Source: an archaeon (GTDB lineage: Archaea > Iainarchaeota > Iainarchaeia > Iainarchaeales > Iainarchaeaceae). From it: a stretch of 11,791 bases of DNA. The stretch lies in NCBI GenBank assembly GCA_035289485.1, contig DATDXA010000006.1, forward strand, positions 1-11,791, written 5' to 3'. Below, one piece after another: positions 1-7,297 of the stretch (position 1 is the first letter of the stretch; each line of letters opens with the position of its first letter). Below the pieces are notes generated by a model. That model was not told the DNA's origin and did no database searches. It saw only the letters and a list, made by a program, of their open reading frames with translations. Made by a program: the position numbers and the translations under genes.

Positions 1-2
1 AA

Positions 3-167
3 CTCGGAAAGTGGAAAACACTTTACTTCCCAGGAGTGCTCGCGCAAAAGGCGCAGGTGCTCAAGGAAAAAGGAATGGAATTCAACTACACCAGTCTCGC
101 CTCGAACAAATACAGGGGGCTTGAGAATGGAGCGCAGGGAAACGGCGCAATGGTTGGGGGCTGCTAA
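3..167 (+). CDS. 3' end of an uncharacterised protein (5'-truncated by the window) ending in MVGGC
   Basis: Open frame from base 3: LGKWKTLYFPGVLAQKAQVLKEKGMEFNYTSLASNKYRGLENGAQGNGAMVGGC-TAA(165-167). Not in the ORF track. Shares its C-terminal pentapeptide with the next gene. Confidence 0.85.
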   Translation, partial: LGKWKTLYFPGVLAQKAQVLKEKGMEFNYTSLASNKYRGLENGAQGNGAMVGGC

Positions 168-206
168 AATGCTTAACCAAGTTCTAAACAAAAAGGAGGT
201 AGAAAA

Positions 207-428
207 ATGCCATCAACAATGGAATATCTCGCAATAGTTGCCGTAGGGCTGGTGCTCGTGATATCAGTAGTGCAGGCTGTACAGCTAACAGGCCTGAACG
301 AAAAAGCGGCGCAGCAAAACGCCGCACTCGGTTCGCTTGATTCTGGCGGCAACACAAGTGCGCTCAATCAGGCAAATCAGGCCCAGGCACAGGCGGCGCC
401 TTCAAGCCAAATGGTCGGCGGATGCTGA
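207..428 (+). CDS. Small membrane-anchored protein (73 aa): N-terminal TM helix, Q/A/S-rich linker, C-terminal MVGGC
   Basis: Strong SD AGGAGGT just upstream of ATG207. Hydrophobic YLAIVAVGLVLVISVV, low-complexity linker, ends QMVGGC-TGA. Confidence 0.85.
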   Translation: MPSTMEYLAIVAVGLVLVISVVQAVQLTGLNEKAAQQNAALGSLDSGGNTSALNQANQAQAQAAPSSQMVGGC

Positions 429-447
429 CAAATCAACGGGGATTACA

Positions 448-1425
448 ATGGCGGCCAAATTAACAATAGGATTGCTCTTGGTTGCCATTGTGGCCTTCGG
501 CGGCTGCCTGCAGCAGGCACAGCCAAAAAGCCAAATATGCACAATAGATGGCTGCTCAGCGGGCTTGGATATAAACGGCACAAGCAACGCAATTGGCGAT
601 TCAAACAAATTTGCAAACGCAAAGCCTGAAGACAGCAATATCACTTCTGAAAAAACCCATGACGAAATTTTGCAGGAAAAAGTCGCCCCAATCAAAGGAG
701 TGGTTCTGCCAGTAAAGTGGGGCAACGCACTAGTGAAGGCGGCTAAATCCGGAGCAATTGACATGAATAAGTACAAGGAATCATTAAGGCGCGGCGGGGC
801 AAGCCTCACATCCGAACATGAAAAAATCCTTTTGGAAGGAAGCGATGAGAACATCTCCTTCACAGCGGAAAACGCATACTTTAACCTGAACATGCTCTGG
901 GCGCTTGGGCTTGTGAACGAAAACCCGATCCTCACAAAAGGAAAGATTTCAGGGCATGGGGACAAAAAATCCTATTTTGCTTCCACGGGCGGATGGGGCC
1001 TTGGGAAGAAAACGGGCGGCGAGCTGCTCGCAAGCACGAAAATAATCACGCTCACCCCAGAGCAGCAAAAAATTGTCGAAGAAGTGGCGGAAAGCACCTA
1101 CAGGCCATGCTGCAGCAACCCAACCGCGTTCCCTGATTGCAACCATGGAATGGCGGCTCTTGCGCTTGCAGAACTCATGGCATCACAGGGCGCCACGAAA
1201 GAGCAGATTTATGATGCGCTGCTTGTTGCCAACTCATACTGGTTCACGCAAACATATGTGAACATCGCCGAATATTTGGATGAGAATGGGGAAGATTTTA
1301 GCAAGGCAGAATCAAAAGAACTTTTGGGTTATGATTACTCAAGCCAGAACGGCTATAGCAGGATTGCAAATAAACTGGAAAACATTCCAAATGTACAAGT
1401 GAGGGCAAGCACATGCGCAAACTAA
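448..1425 (+). CDS. Putative lipoprotein with Cys/His cluster (PCC-x8-CNH); probable extracytoplasmic metal-binding or redox protein
   Basis: ATG448 preferred over 337, which overlaps the previous gene. N-terminus MAAKLTIGLLLVAIVAFGGC resembles an archaeal lipoprotein signal. Motifs CTIDGC, YRPCCSNPTAFPDCNHGM and C-terminal TCAN. Confidence 0.8.
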   Translation: MAAKLTIGLLLVAIVAFGGCLQQAQPKSQICTIDGCSAGLDINGTSNAIGDSNKFANAKPEDSNITSEKTHDEILQEKVAPIKGVVLPVKWGNALVKAAKSGAIDMNKYKESLRRGGASLTSEHEKILLEGSDENISFTAENAYFNLNMLWALGLVNENPILTKGKISGHGDKKSYFASTGGWGLGKKTGGELLASTKIITLTPEQQKIVEEVAESTYRPCCSNPTAFPDCNHGMAALALAELMASQGATKEQIYDALLVANSYWFTQTYVNIAEYLDENGEDFSKAESKELLGYDYSSQNGYSRIANKLENIPNVQVRASTCAN

Positions 1426-1448
1426 AACAAAAAATTTGCTTTGTGGAA

Positions 1449-1934
1449 TCAGGCCTTTATTTGCCGCAGCTCATCAACAAGCCTTATCATATTGACCTTC
1501 CCGTGCTTTTCCACATGGATAATGCCACGGTCTTCGAGTTTTCTGACGACCCTGTGGGCCTTGAGCCGGGTCATTCCGGGCTGCGCGGAAATGTTGCTCT
1601 GAGTTGTGGCGCCGTCCTTTTCGAGCAGGAGCCTCACAATTTGCCGGTCATCATCGCCAAGGAATTTCATTATTATCTCGACATTGGTCTTGGCCATTTT
1701 CCTCTCGCGCTCAATTGTGCTGCTCATCATGCTATAAACCACAATGCCGGAAACCACGCCGAAAAGGCCCATTATGACCATGAAATGCACATGGTGCTCA
1801 ATGAAGGGCTTGAAAAGGTCAGGGACGGCTTCCCCTTTTGCCGAGAGGACATACACAAAGACAAGGACGGTCACAAGGAAAATGAAAACCGAGACAAGCA
1901 CAACTCCCAGAACTATCTTTTGCCGAAAATCCAT
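1449..1934 (-). CDS. Membrane-anchored winged-helix (MarR-like/COG2512-like) transcriptional regulator, 2 TM + C-terminal wHTH
   Basis: From ATG1934: two hydrophobic helices, then DRQIVRLLLEKDGATTQSNISAQPGMTRLKAHRVVRKLEDRGIIHVEKHGKVNMIRL, a typical wHTH. Divergent from the cop operon. Upstream ATGs at 1955 and 2000 fall in the promoter region. Confidence 0.85.
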   Translation of the reverse strand: MDFRQKIVLGVVLVSVFIFLVTVLVFVYVLSAKGEAVPDLFKPFIEHHVHFMVIMGLFGVVSGIVVYSMMSSTIERERKMAKTNVEIIMKFLGDDDRQIVRLLLEKDGATTQSNISAQPGMTRLKAHRVVRKLEDRGIIHVEKHGKVNMIRLVDELRQIKA

Positions 1935-1943
1935 GCAAACCAA

Positions 1944-1966
1944 ATATTGTTTCATCCCGCTGAAAT
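1944..1966. promoter_or_regulatory. Candidate operator 1: ATATTGTTTCA-tcccgc-TGAAAT
   Basis: Inverted repeat TTTCA(1950-1954)-N6-TGAAA(1961-1965), between the minus-strand TATA-like TTAATAAT (~1965-1972) and the regulator start. Confidence 0.7.
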
Positions 1967-2020
1967 TATTAAGCCTGCAGTTTATGCAAAGGAAAGGCAA
2001 AAAACGATAGTTTCACCATC

Positions 2021-2049
2021 TAATATATATTGTTTCAGATAAATGAAAT
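2021..2049 (+). promoter_or_regulatory. TATA-like box (TAATATATA) plus candidate operator 2: ATATTGTTTCA-gataaa-TGAAAT
   Basis: TTTCA(2033-2037)-N6-TGAAA(2044-2048), with flanks identical to operator 1, immediately downstream of the TATA-like box for the cop operon. Confidence 0.7.
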
Positions 2050-2081
2050 ACAGGGATTGAATCCCACAAGAGGTTTTTAGA

Positions 2082-2501
2082 ATGGCAAACAAAGTCCTTG
2101 CAGAACGGAAGATGTTGGTTATCCTAGCCGCGGCACTGCTGATTTTTGGCGGCATGTTAATGGCCTGGAACTGGGCAAAAGAAAAACCTGCACAAGGCGG
2201 CTCGACCGCTGGCACGGCACTTACGGGGAATGTGCAGGAAATCTACCTCAAGGCACTTGGCAGCGGCACATACGACAAGCAAACCCTCACAGTGAGAAAA
2301 GGCCTGCCTGTAAGGCTGCATTTTAGCGCCGAACCAACGGCAGGATGCGGGAAGGCGCTTCTCATCAAGAAGTTCGGGGTGCAGCTGGTTTCAAAAAACG
2401 GGGAAGAGCAGGTTGCAACATTCACACCGCAGGAAACAGGGACATTTGAATACAGCTGCTCTATGAGGATGTTTGTCGGCAAGATGACGGTGGTGCCATG
2501 A
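2082..2501 (+). CDS. Membrane-anchored cupredoxin-domain protein (CupA-like copper chaperone)
   Basis: N-terminal TM helix; cupredoxin fold features (LTVRKGLPVRLHF...GC...FTPQETGTFEYSCSMRMFVGKMTVV). The Cys...C-x-M-x-M ligand set matches streptococcal CupA. SD GAGG at 2070-2073. Confidence 0.85.
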   Translation: MANKVLAERKMLVILAAALLIFGGMLMAWNWAKEKPAQGGSTAGTALTGNVQEIYLKALGSGTYDKQTLTVRKGLPVRLHFSAEPTAGCGKALLIKKFGVQLVSKNGEEQVATFTPQETGTFEYSCSMRMFVGKMTVVP

Positions 2502-2983
2502 GCGCCACTGAGGCACTCAGAGGGATAATTTCCACACCGAAATATGCCGCCACGGCGATTGCTATTTTCATAGTGCTGGCGCCGGTTTTTGCCCTGACTT
2601 CGGGCCTTATTGTGCCACCTTCGTTAGAACTCAATGCGATTGCAGAACTCCCCAAGATTGGAATGGTGGCGGCAATAGTCGGGCTTTTGGCGGTGAATGT
2701 TGCGGTGCTAAGGCGCAATATGGACATGAATGCCGACTCTGGCAAGGCAGTGGGAATTTTTGGCGGGGTTGCGGGGATGTTTACATCAACATGCGCGGTG
2801 TGCCAGCCTGTCTGGCTCATATGGATTGGATTTGGTTCGGCTAGCGCATTCCTTGCGGAAATAAGCTATTACATAGGCGCAGTGAGCATTGTGCTTCTTG
2901 CCTTCGGCCTTAACGGCCAGCTAAAGGCAGCCGAAGGGTGCGATACCGGAGGGGTGAAGAAATGGAAAAGACAATTAAGGTGA
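2498..2983 (+). CDS. Integral membrane protein (about 4 TM) with intramembrane CxxC (CAVC)
   Basis: ATGA overlap with the upstream stop. Hydrophobic segments and MFTSTCAVCQP, reminiscent of Cys pairs in MerT/MerC-type metal membrane proteins. Confidence 0.8.
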   Translation: MSATEALRGIISTPKYAATAIAIFIVLAPVFALTSGLIVPPSLELNAIAELPKIGMVAAIVGLLAVNVAVLRRNMDMNADSGKAVGIFGGVAGMFTSTCAVCQPVWLIWIGFGSASAFLAEISYYIGAVSIVLLAFGLNGQLKAAEGCDTGGVKKWKRQLR

Positions 2984-3165
2984 AGGGCATGCACTGCAAT
3001 TCCTGCAAGCTTCTTATAGAAGATGCCGTTTTGGAAATAAACGGCGTTGAAAAGGTGAAGGCCGATTTCGAAACAGGGAAAGTGGTTGTTGCATACTCTG
3101 TTGAGGGGATTGTGCCAAAAATCAAAAGCGCTATAGAGAAAGAGGGCTACTTGGTGGTCGGATGA
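2962..3165 (+). CDS. copZ: Copper chaperone, single HMA domain
   Basis: From ATG2962 (SD GGAGGGGTGA): MEKTIKVKGMHCNSC...IEKEGY, canonical GMxCxxC HMA domain, 67 aa. Confidence 0.92.
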   Translation: MEKTIKVKGMHCNSCKLLIEDAVLEINGVEKVKADFETGKVVVAYSVEGIVPKIKSAIEKEGYLVVG

Positions 3166-4088
3166 AAGAATACACGCTGCAGCTTAGCGGCATGACCTGC
3201 GGCTCGTGCGAACACCTCATTGAAAAGGTAGTGGCACGCAACGGCGCATCCGTCAATGCGATAGATGCCACATTGGGATTTGTCAGGCTCACATGTGATG
3301 AAAGCCAGATAGGCACGATTAGGGCCCAGCTGGCGGAAAAGGGGTTTGCAGAAACGGACGAAATTTCCGCGCAGAGGGGAAATCTGGCCAATGTGTGGAA
3401 TTATGCAAGGTCAATAATCTCAGCGAAACCGGAAGTAGAAGTGGAGGCGAAGCTGCTCAATTATGCCATGGGCTCGGCCATTGTGCTCGCGCTGCTTTCA
3501 GCGGCAGCATATTTGTTTGCACTAAATGGGATTCCGAATAAAGAGGCTTACCTTCCGCTCATTGCACTCTCCGTTGTCACTGCAATTTCAACGGCGTACC
3601 CCTACTATCACGCCAAATGCTACACAAAGCGCATGTCATGCAGCAACGGAATGATGTCTGGGATGATAATGGGAATGATGCCGGGTTTCATGGTAGGAGC
3701 GCTACTTGGCGCAACCAATGGCATGTTCATTGGCTCAACACTCGGGCTTATAGCAGGGATATTTATGGGAGTGAAAATCGGCAAATGCTGCGGGGTAATG
3801 GGCGCGCTTGAGGGAGTAATGGCCGGCCTTATGGCAGGGATTATGGGGGCAATGACATCGGTGATGATGCTAAATGACAACCTCATCGCTTTCCTGTACA
3901 TAATGTTCGCGGTCTGCGTATTCGTTCTTGCTGGAATGAGCTATATGATGCACCGCGAAGCCGGGCACACGCCAAAACAGGAATTCCGCACAAACTTCAC
4001 AGGTTTTCTTGCCGCAAGCACAATAATATGGGGGCTTTTAATGGCTTTCATGGCTTTCGGGCCAAAGGGGCCATTGACATTCATATGA
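3162..4088 (+). CDS. HMA domain fused to a Met/Gly-rich multi-pass membrane domain; putative copper transport or binding protein
   Basis: ATGA overlap with copZ. N-terminal GMTCGSC; membrane region with [20 protein letters not shown] and [29 protein letters not shown]. Confidence 0.85.
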   Translation: MKEYTLQLSGMTCGSCEHLIEKVVARNGASVNAIDATLGFVRLTCDESQIGTIRAQLAEKGFAETDEISAQRGNLANVWNYARSIISAKPEVEVEAKLLNYAMGSAIVLALLSAAAYLFALNGIPNKEAYLPLIALSVVTAISTAYPYYHAKCYTKRMSCSNGMMSGMIMGMMPGFMVGALLGATNGMFIGSTLGLIAGIFMGVKIGKCCGVMGALEGVMAGLMAGIMGAMTSVMMLNDNLIAFLYIMFAVCVFVLAGMSYMMHREAGHTPKQEFRTNFTGFLAASTIIWGLLMAFMAFGPKGPLTFI

Positions 4089-4101
4089 GGAGATGCGAAA
4101 A

Positions 4102-6780
4102 ATGACAAAAGCAAAAGACCCTGTGTGCGGAATGGAACTGGAAAAAGAAAATGCCAAGTTCAAGGAAACAGTTGGCGGCAAGGAATATTATTTTTGCTCC
4201 AAAGACTGCCACGGCAAGTTCCTCTCCGCCCAAAAGGGCGATACCAAACAGGGCAGCGAAAAAAATGCCACAGACGCGCGTGGAACTGAAAAAAATGCAG
4301 CCAGCACGCAGGGCAGCATTTCAAAAGAAACATTCAGGGTAAGCGGCATGCACTGCGCATCCTGCGCATCCATAATCGAGCGCAGGCTCAAAAAGCTTGA
4401 TGGAGTAAGAAGCGCAACTGTCAATGTTGCAACAAACAAGGCAACGGTAGAGTATGACAGGGCACTTACCGGCGTTGAAAAATTTGACAAAACGGTAAAG
4501 GGCGCAGGGTATGGCATTGAAGGTGATGAGAGCGCAAAACCACAAGGCAGCCAGCGGGAAATAAGGCTGCATGTCAAAGGCATGGATTCGCCCCACTGCA
4601 CAGGAATAGTCCAAACAGCGCTTAGCAGAATTGACGGGATAACTTCAACGAGCCTCAAGTATGAGACGCAAACCGCAGGAATTACATTTGACGGCGCGAA
4701 AACAAGCCCTGAAAAAATACGCAGGGCGATTTTTGATGCGGGCTATGAACCTGAAACATTGCAGGGCGAGAGTGCGGGAGATATGGAAAAAAATGCCCGC
4801 GAAAAGGAAATTGCTCAATTAAAGCATAGGGTGCTCATTTCAGCAATCCTGACAGTGCCTGTAATTTTGCTTGCACTTCCAGAAATGCTAGAAGGGATAA
4901 TTGCAATAGACTATCCGCAAGCCATCATAGCTTATTTGCCAATTCTGCAGTTCGCGCTTTCCACGCCGGTTTTGTACGTGAACAGAGATTTTTTCACAAG
5001 AGGGTTCAGGGGCCTTTTGAACAGGACTCCGGGAATGGACAGCTTGGTGGCATTAGGCGTGGGAGCGGCATATGTTTACAGCATGACAGTTGCATGGGGT
5101 TTTGTGCAGGGCAAAATGTATTTTGAAACCGCAGCGCTTCTGCTCACATTCATAATATTAGGAAGATATCTCGAAGCCGTTGCAAAGGGCAAGACTTCTG
5201 AAGCGATAAAGCGCCTTATCGGGCTGCAGCCAAAAACAGCAATAGTTGTGCGCGCAGGAAAAGAAGTTGAAATCCCCATAAGCGAAGTTGCAGTGGGCGA
5301 CATCATACTTGTAAAGCCGGGCGATAAGATACCGGTGGACGGGATTTTGGTTGACGGCTCAAGCAGCGTCGATGAGAGCATGATTACAGGAGAGAGCCTG
5401 CCGGTACACAAAAACAAGGGAGACACTGTAATTGGCGCCACAATAAACAAAACCGGGGCGTTCAGGTTCAGGGCAACGAAAATCGGCAAGGACACAATGC
5501 TCGCGCAAATAATCAAGCTCGTTGAAGATGCGCAAGGGAGCAAGGCACCAATACAAAAGCTCGCGGACACGGTTGCCGGGTATTTCGTGCAGGGAGTGAT
5601 AGCGCTTTCCATTCTCTCATTTGTTTACTGGTATTTCATTGCTGGAGAGCCGTTCCTTTTCGCGCTTACAATACTTGTTTCAACTCTTGTGATAGCATGC
5701 CCCTGCGCAATGGGGCTTGCAACCCCCACCGCAGTGATGATTGGCACAGGAAAAGGCGCGGAGAACGGGGTGCTCATAAAAGACGCGGCAAGCCTTGAGC
5801 AGCTGCACAAAGTGAAGGTTGTGATTTTTGATAAGACCGGAACTATTACCAAAGGAGAGCCAGCGGTAACGGATGTAATAGCTTCCGGAATGAAAGAATC
5901 AGAGCTCATTTCGCTTGCGGCGAGCGCGGAGAAGAATTCCGAGCACCACCTTGGAAGGGCGATTGTAAAAAAGGCCACGGAGATGAAAATACGCATCTCC
6001 GAACCCAAAAAATTCGATTCAATCCCGGGGCACGGAGTGGTGGCTTATGTTGGCGCCAAAAAAATACTGATTGGAAATCTCGCCCTGATGAAAAAGAACG
6101 CTGTTTTGGTTTCCGAATCCCTGATTTCAAAAATGCACTCGCTTGAAGAGCAGGGAAAAAGCGTTGTGATAGTGGCGGCGGGAACAAAGCTTGCGGGAAT
6201 GATAGCGATTGCCGACACGATTAAGGATAGCTCACGCGGCGCAATAGAGGCGCTTGAGGCAATGGGTTATGAAACTGTGATGATTACGGGCGACAATGAG
6301 CGCACAGCAAATGCGATTGCAAAGCAGGCAGGAATTTTGAAAGTTCTTGCACATGTTCTCCCGCAGGACAAGGCAAATGAAGTGAAAAAACTGCAGCAAG
6401 GAGGGCGCAAAGTCGCATTTGTGGGGGACGGAATAAATGATGCTCCTGCGCTTGCGCAGGCGGATGTTGGAATCGCAATTGGCGCGGGAACCGATGTTGC
6501 AATAGAGAGCGCGAGCATTGTGCTCGTAAAAAGCGATTTGCGCGACATTGTGACCGCAATAGAACTAAGCGAATACACCCTGCGCAAAATCAAGCAGAAC
6601 CTATTCTGGGCATTCGGGTACAATGCTGTGGGAATACCAATAGCAATGGGAGTACTCTACCCGTTCACGGGATTTTTGCTAAGTCCTGTAATTGCGGGCG
6701 CTGCAATGGCATTTAGCTCGGTAAGCGTTGTTGGGAATTCGCTTCTAATGCGCGGATTCACGCCAAAAAGCAAAAAATAG
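4102..6780 (+). CDS. copA: Cu(I)-translocating P1B-1 ATPase with N-terminal YHS/TRASH domain and two HMA domains
   Basis: DPVCGM...YYFCSKDC (YHS), [38 protein letters not shown] and MAFSS Cu(I) signature residues. ATG4102 has better SD spacing from GAGGAG than ATG4093. Confidence 0.96.
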   Translation: MTKAKDPVCGMELEKENAKFKETVGGKEYYFCSKDCHGKFLSAQKGDTKQGSEKNATDARGTEKNAASTQGSISKETFRVSGMHCASCASIIERRLKKLDGVRSATVNVATNKATVEYDRALTGVEKFDKTVKGAGYGIEGDESAKPQGSQREIRLHVKGMDSPHCTGIVQTALSRIDGITSTSLKYETQTAGITFDGAKTSPEKIRRAIFDAGYEPETLQGESAGDMEKNAREKEIAQLKHRVLISAILTVPVILLALPEMLEGIIAIDYPQAIIAYLPILQFALSTPVLYVNRDFFTRGFRGLLNRTPGMDSLVALGVGAAYVYSMTVAWGFVQGKMYFETAALLLTFIILGRYLEAVAKGKTSEAIKRLIGLQPKTAIVVRAGKEVEIPISEVAVGDIILVKPGDKIPVDGILVDGSSSVDESMITGESLPVHKNKGDTVIGATINKTGAFRFRATKIGKDTMLAQIIKLVEDAQGSKAPIQKLADTVAGYFVQGVIALSILSFVYWYFIAGEPFLFALTILVSTLVIACPCAMGLATPTAVMIGTGKGAENGVLIKDAASLEQLHKVKVVIFDKTGTITKGEPAVTDVIASGMKESELISLAASAEKNSEHHLGRAIVKKATEMKIRISEPKKFDSIPGHGVVAYVGAKKILIGNLALMKKNAVLVSESLISKMHSLEEQGKSVVIVAAGTKLAGMIAIADTIKDSSRGAIEALEAMGYETVMITGDNERTANAIAKQAGILKVLAHVLPQDKANEVKKLQQGGRKVAFVGDGINDAPALAQADVGIAIGAGTDVAIESASIVLVKSDLRDIVTAIELSEYTLRKIKQNLFWAFGYNAVGIPIAMGVLYPFTGFLLSPVIAGAAMAFSSVSVVGNSLLMRGFTPKSKK

Positions 6781-6880
6781 GCCCAATCCGCATCGTTTAA
6801 AAAAGAATACTAAACAATTCTCCTGTAATGTAATTCAAGCCGCACAAAGCGCGCTTGGTGCAATATAGGAGGTTTTGGGA

Positions 6881-7015
6881 ATGAAACTCATTGAAGAAAT
6901 GATTAACCTGGTCCGCGACGATGACGAAGGCGGCGGAGAAGACTGGGACTCGGACGATGACGAAGATGGCGATTCAGACGGAGAATCTGAAGGCGACATG
7001 GACGAGAGCTCTTAA
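6881..7015 (+). CDS. Small hyper-acidic protein (44 aa)
   Basis: SD AGGAGG at 6867-6872. MKLIEEMINLVRDDDEGGGEDWDSDDDEDGDSDGESEGDMDESS-TAA. TATA-like TTTAAAAA at 6796-6803 upstream and a T-tract downstream. Confidence 0.75.
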   Translation: MKLIEEMINLVRDDDEGGGEDWDSDDDEDGDSDGESEGDMDESS

Positions 7016-7031
7016 ACTTTCAAATAACTGA

Positions 7032-7053
7032 TTCTTTCTTTTTTTATTTTTTT
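7032..7053 (+). terminator. Archaeal oligo-T terminator
   Basis: Near-pure T tract (interrupted only by two C and one A) shortly after the stop at 7015. Confidence 0.7.
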
Positions 7054-7125
7054 AATGCGAGCCTTGAGATAAGGCTGGAAAAAATAGTTCGCAATGCCTA
7101 AGGCACTGCCTCTTTTCTTTTTGAT

Positions 7126-7165
7126 CAAACTTTTTATTTTCTTGCCAGAGAAAAGAAAAAGTTTG
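7126..7165 (-). terminator. AT-rich inverted repeat / T-tract at the tRNA 3' end
   Basis: CAAACTTTTTATTTTCT (7126-7142) pairs with AGAAAAGAAAAAGTTTG (7149-7165) with one mismatch. The minus strand reads TTTTTCTTTT directly after the tRNA. Confidence 0.55.
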
Positions 7166-7247
7166 CGGAGGGCAGGATTCGAACCTGCGAAGGCACTAAG
7201 CCGCTACCGTCTGAGGGTAGTACGTTTGACCGCTTCGCTACCTCCGC
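7164..7247 (-). tRNA. tRNA-Leu (anticodon CAG), long variable arm, no intron, CCA not encoded
   Basis: Minus strand: GCGGAGG acceptor / CCTCCGC-A73; anticodon stem CTACC-CTCAGAC-GGTAG; variable arm GGC-TTAGT-GCC; T arm GCAGG-TTCGAAT-CCTGC. Confidence 0.95.
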
Positions 7248-7275
7248 AATGTTAACAATTTCTCCCCCTGCAAGA

Positions 7276-7283
7276 TTTTAAAA
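7276..7283 (-). promoter_or_regulatory. TATA box of tRNA-Leu
   Basis: TTTTAAAA about 29 nt upstream of the mature tRNA 5' end. Confidence 0.6.
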
Positions 7284-7297
7284 CAAGACTTTTGAGG

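Noticed and set aside
414..428. GGC-TGA as a selenocysteine (Cys-Sec) motif or a ubiquitin-like GG terminus
   Set aside because: The sister gene ends with TAA at the same position; readthrough would overlap the next gene; there is no beta-grasp domain before GG.
337..447. Longer N-terminus for the lipoprotein ORF
   Set aside because: It overlaps the well-supported 207-428 gene and would bury the signal peptide that starts at ATG448.
1413..2042. 209-aa His-rich plus-strand ORF
   Set aside because: Antisense shadow of the wHTH regulator. The His codons (CAT/CAC) mirror ATG/GTG codons, and the ORF runs through the promoter.
4151..6623. Multiple alternative-frame and antisense ORFs within copA (likewise within the other long genes)
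   Set aside because: Fully nested in motif-supported genes, with no independent signals.
7164..7247. Reading the tRNA as tRNA-Sec (UCA in the loop)
   Set aside because: The 5-bp anticodon stem centres CAG. The 7-bp acceptor, 5-bp T stem and A73 fit Leu, not Sec.
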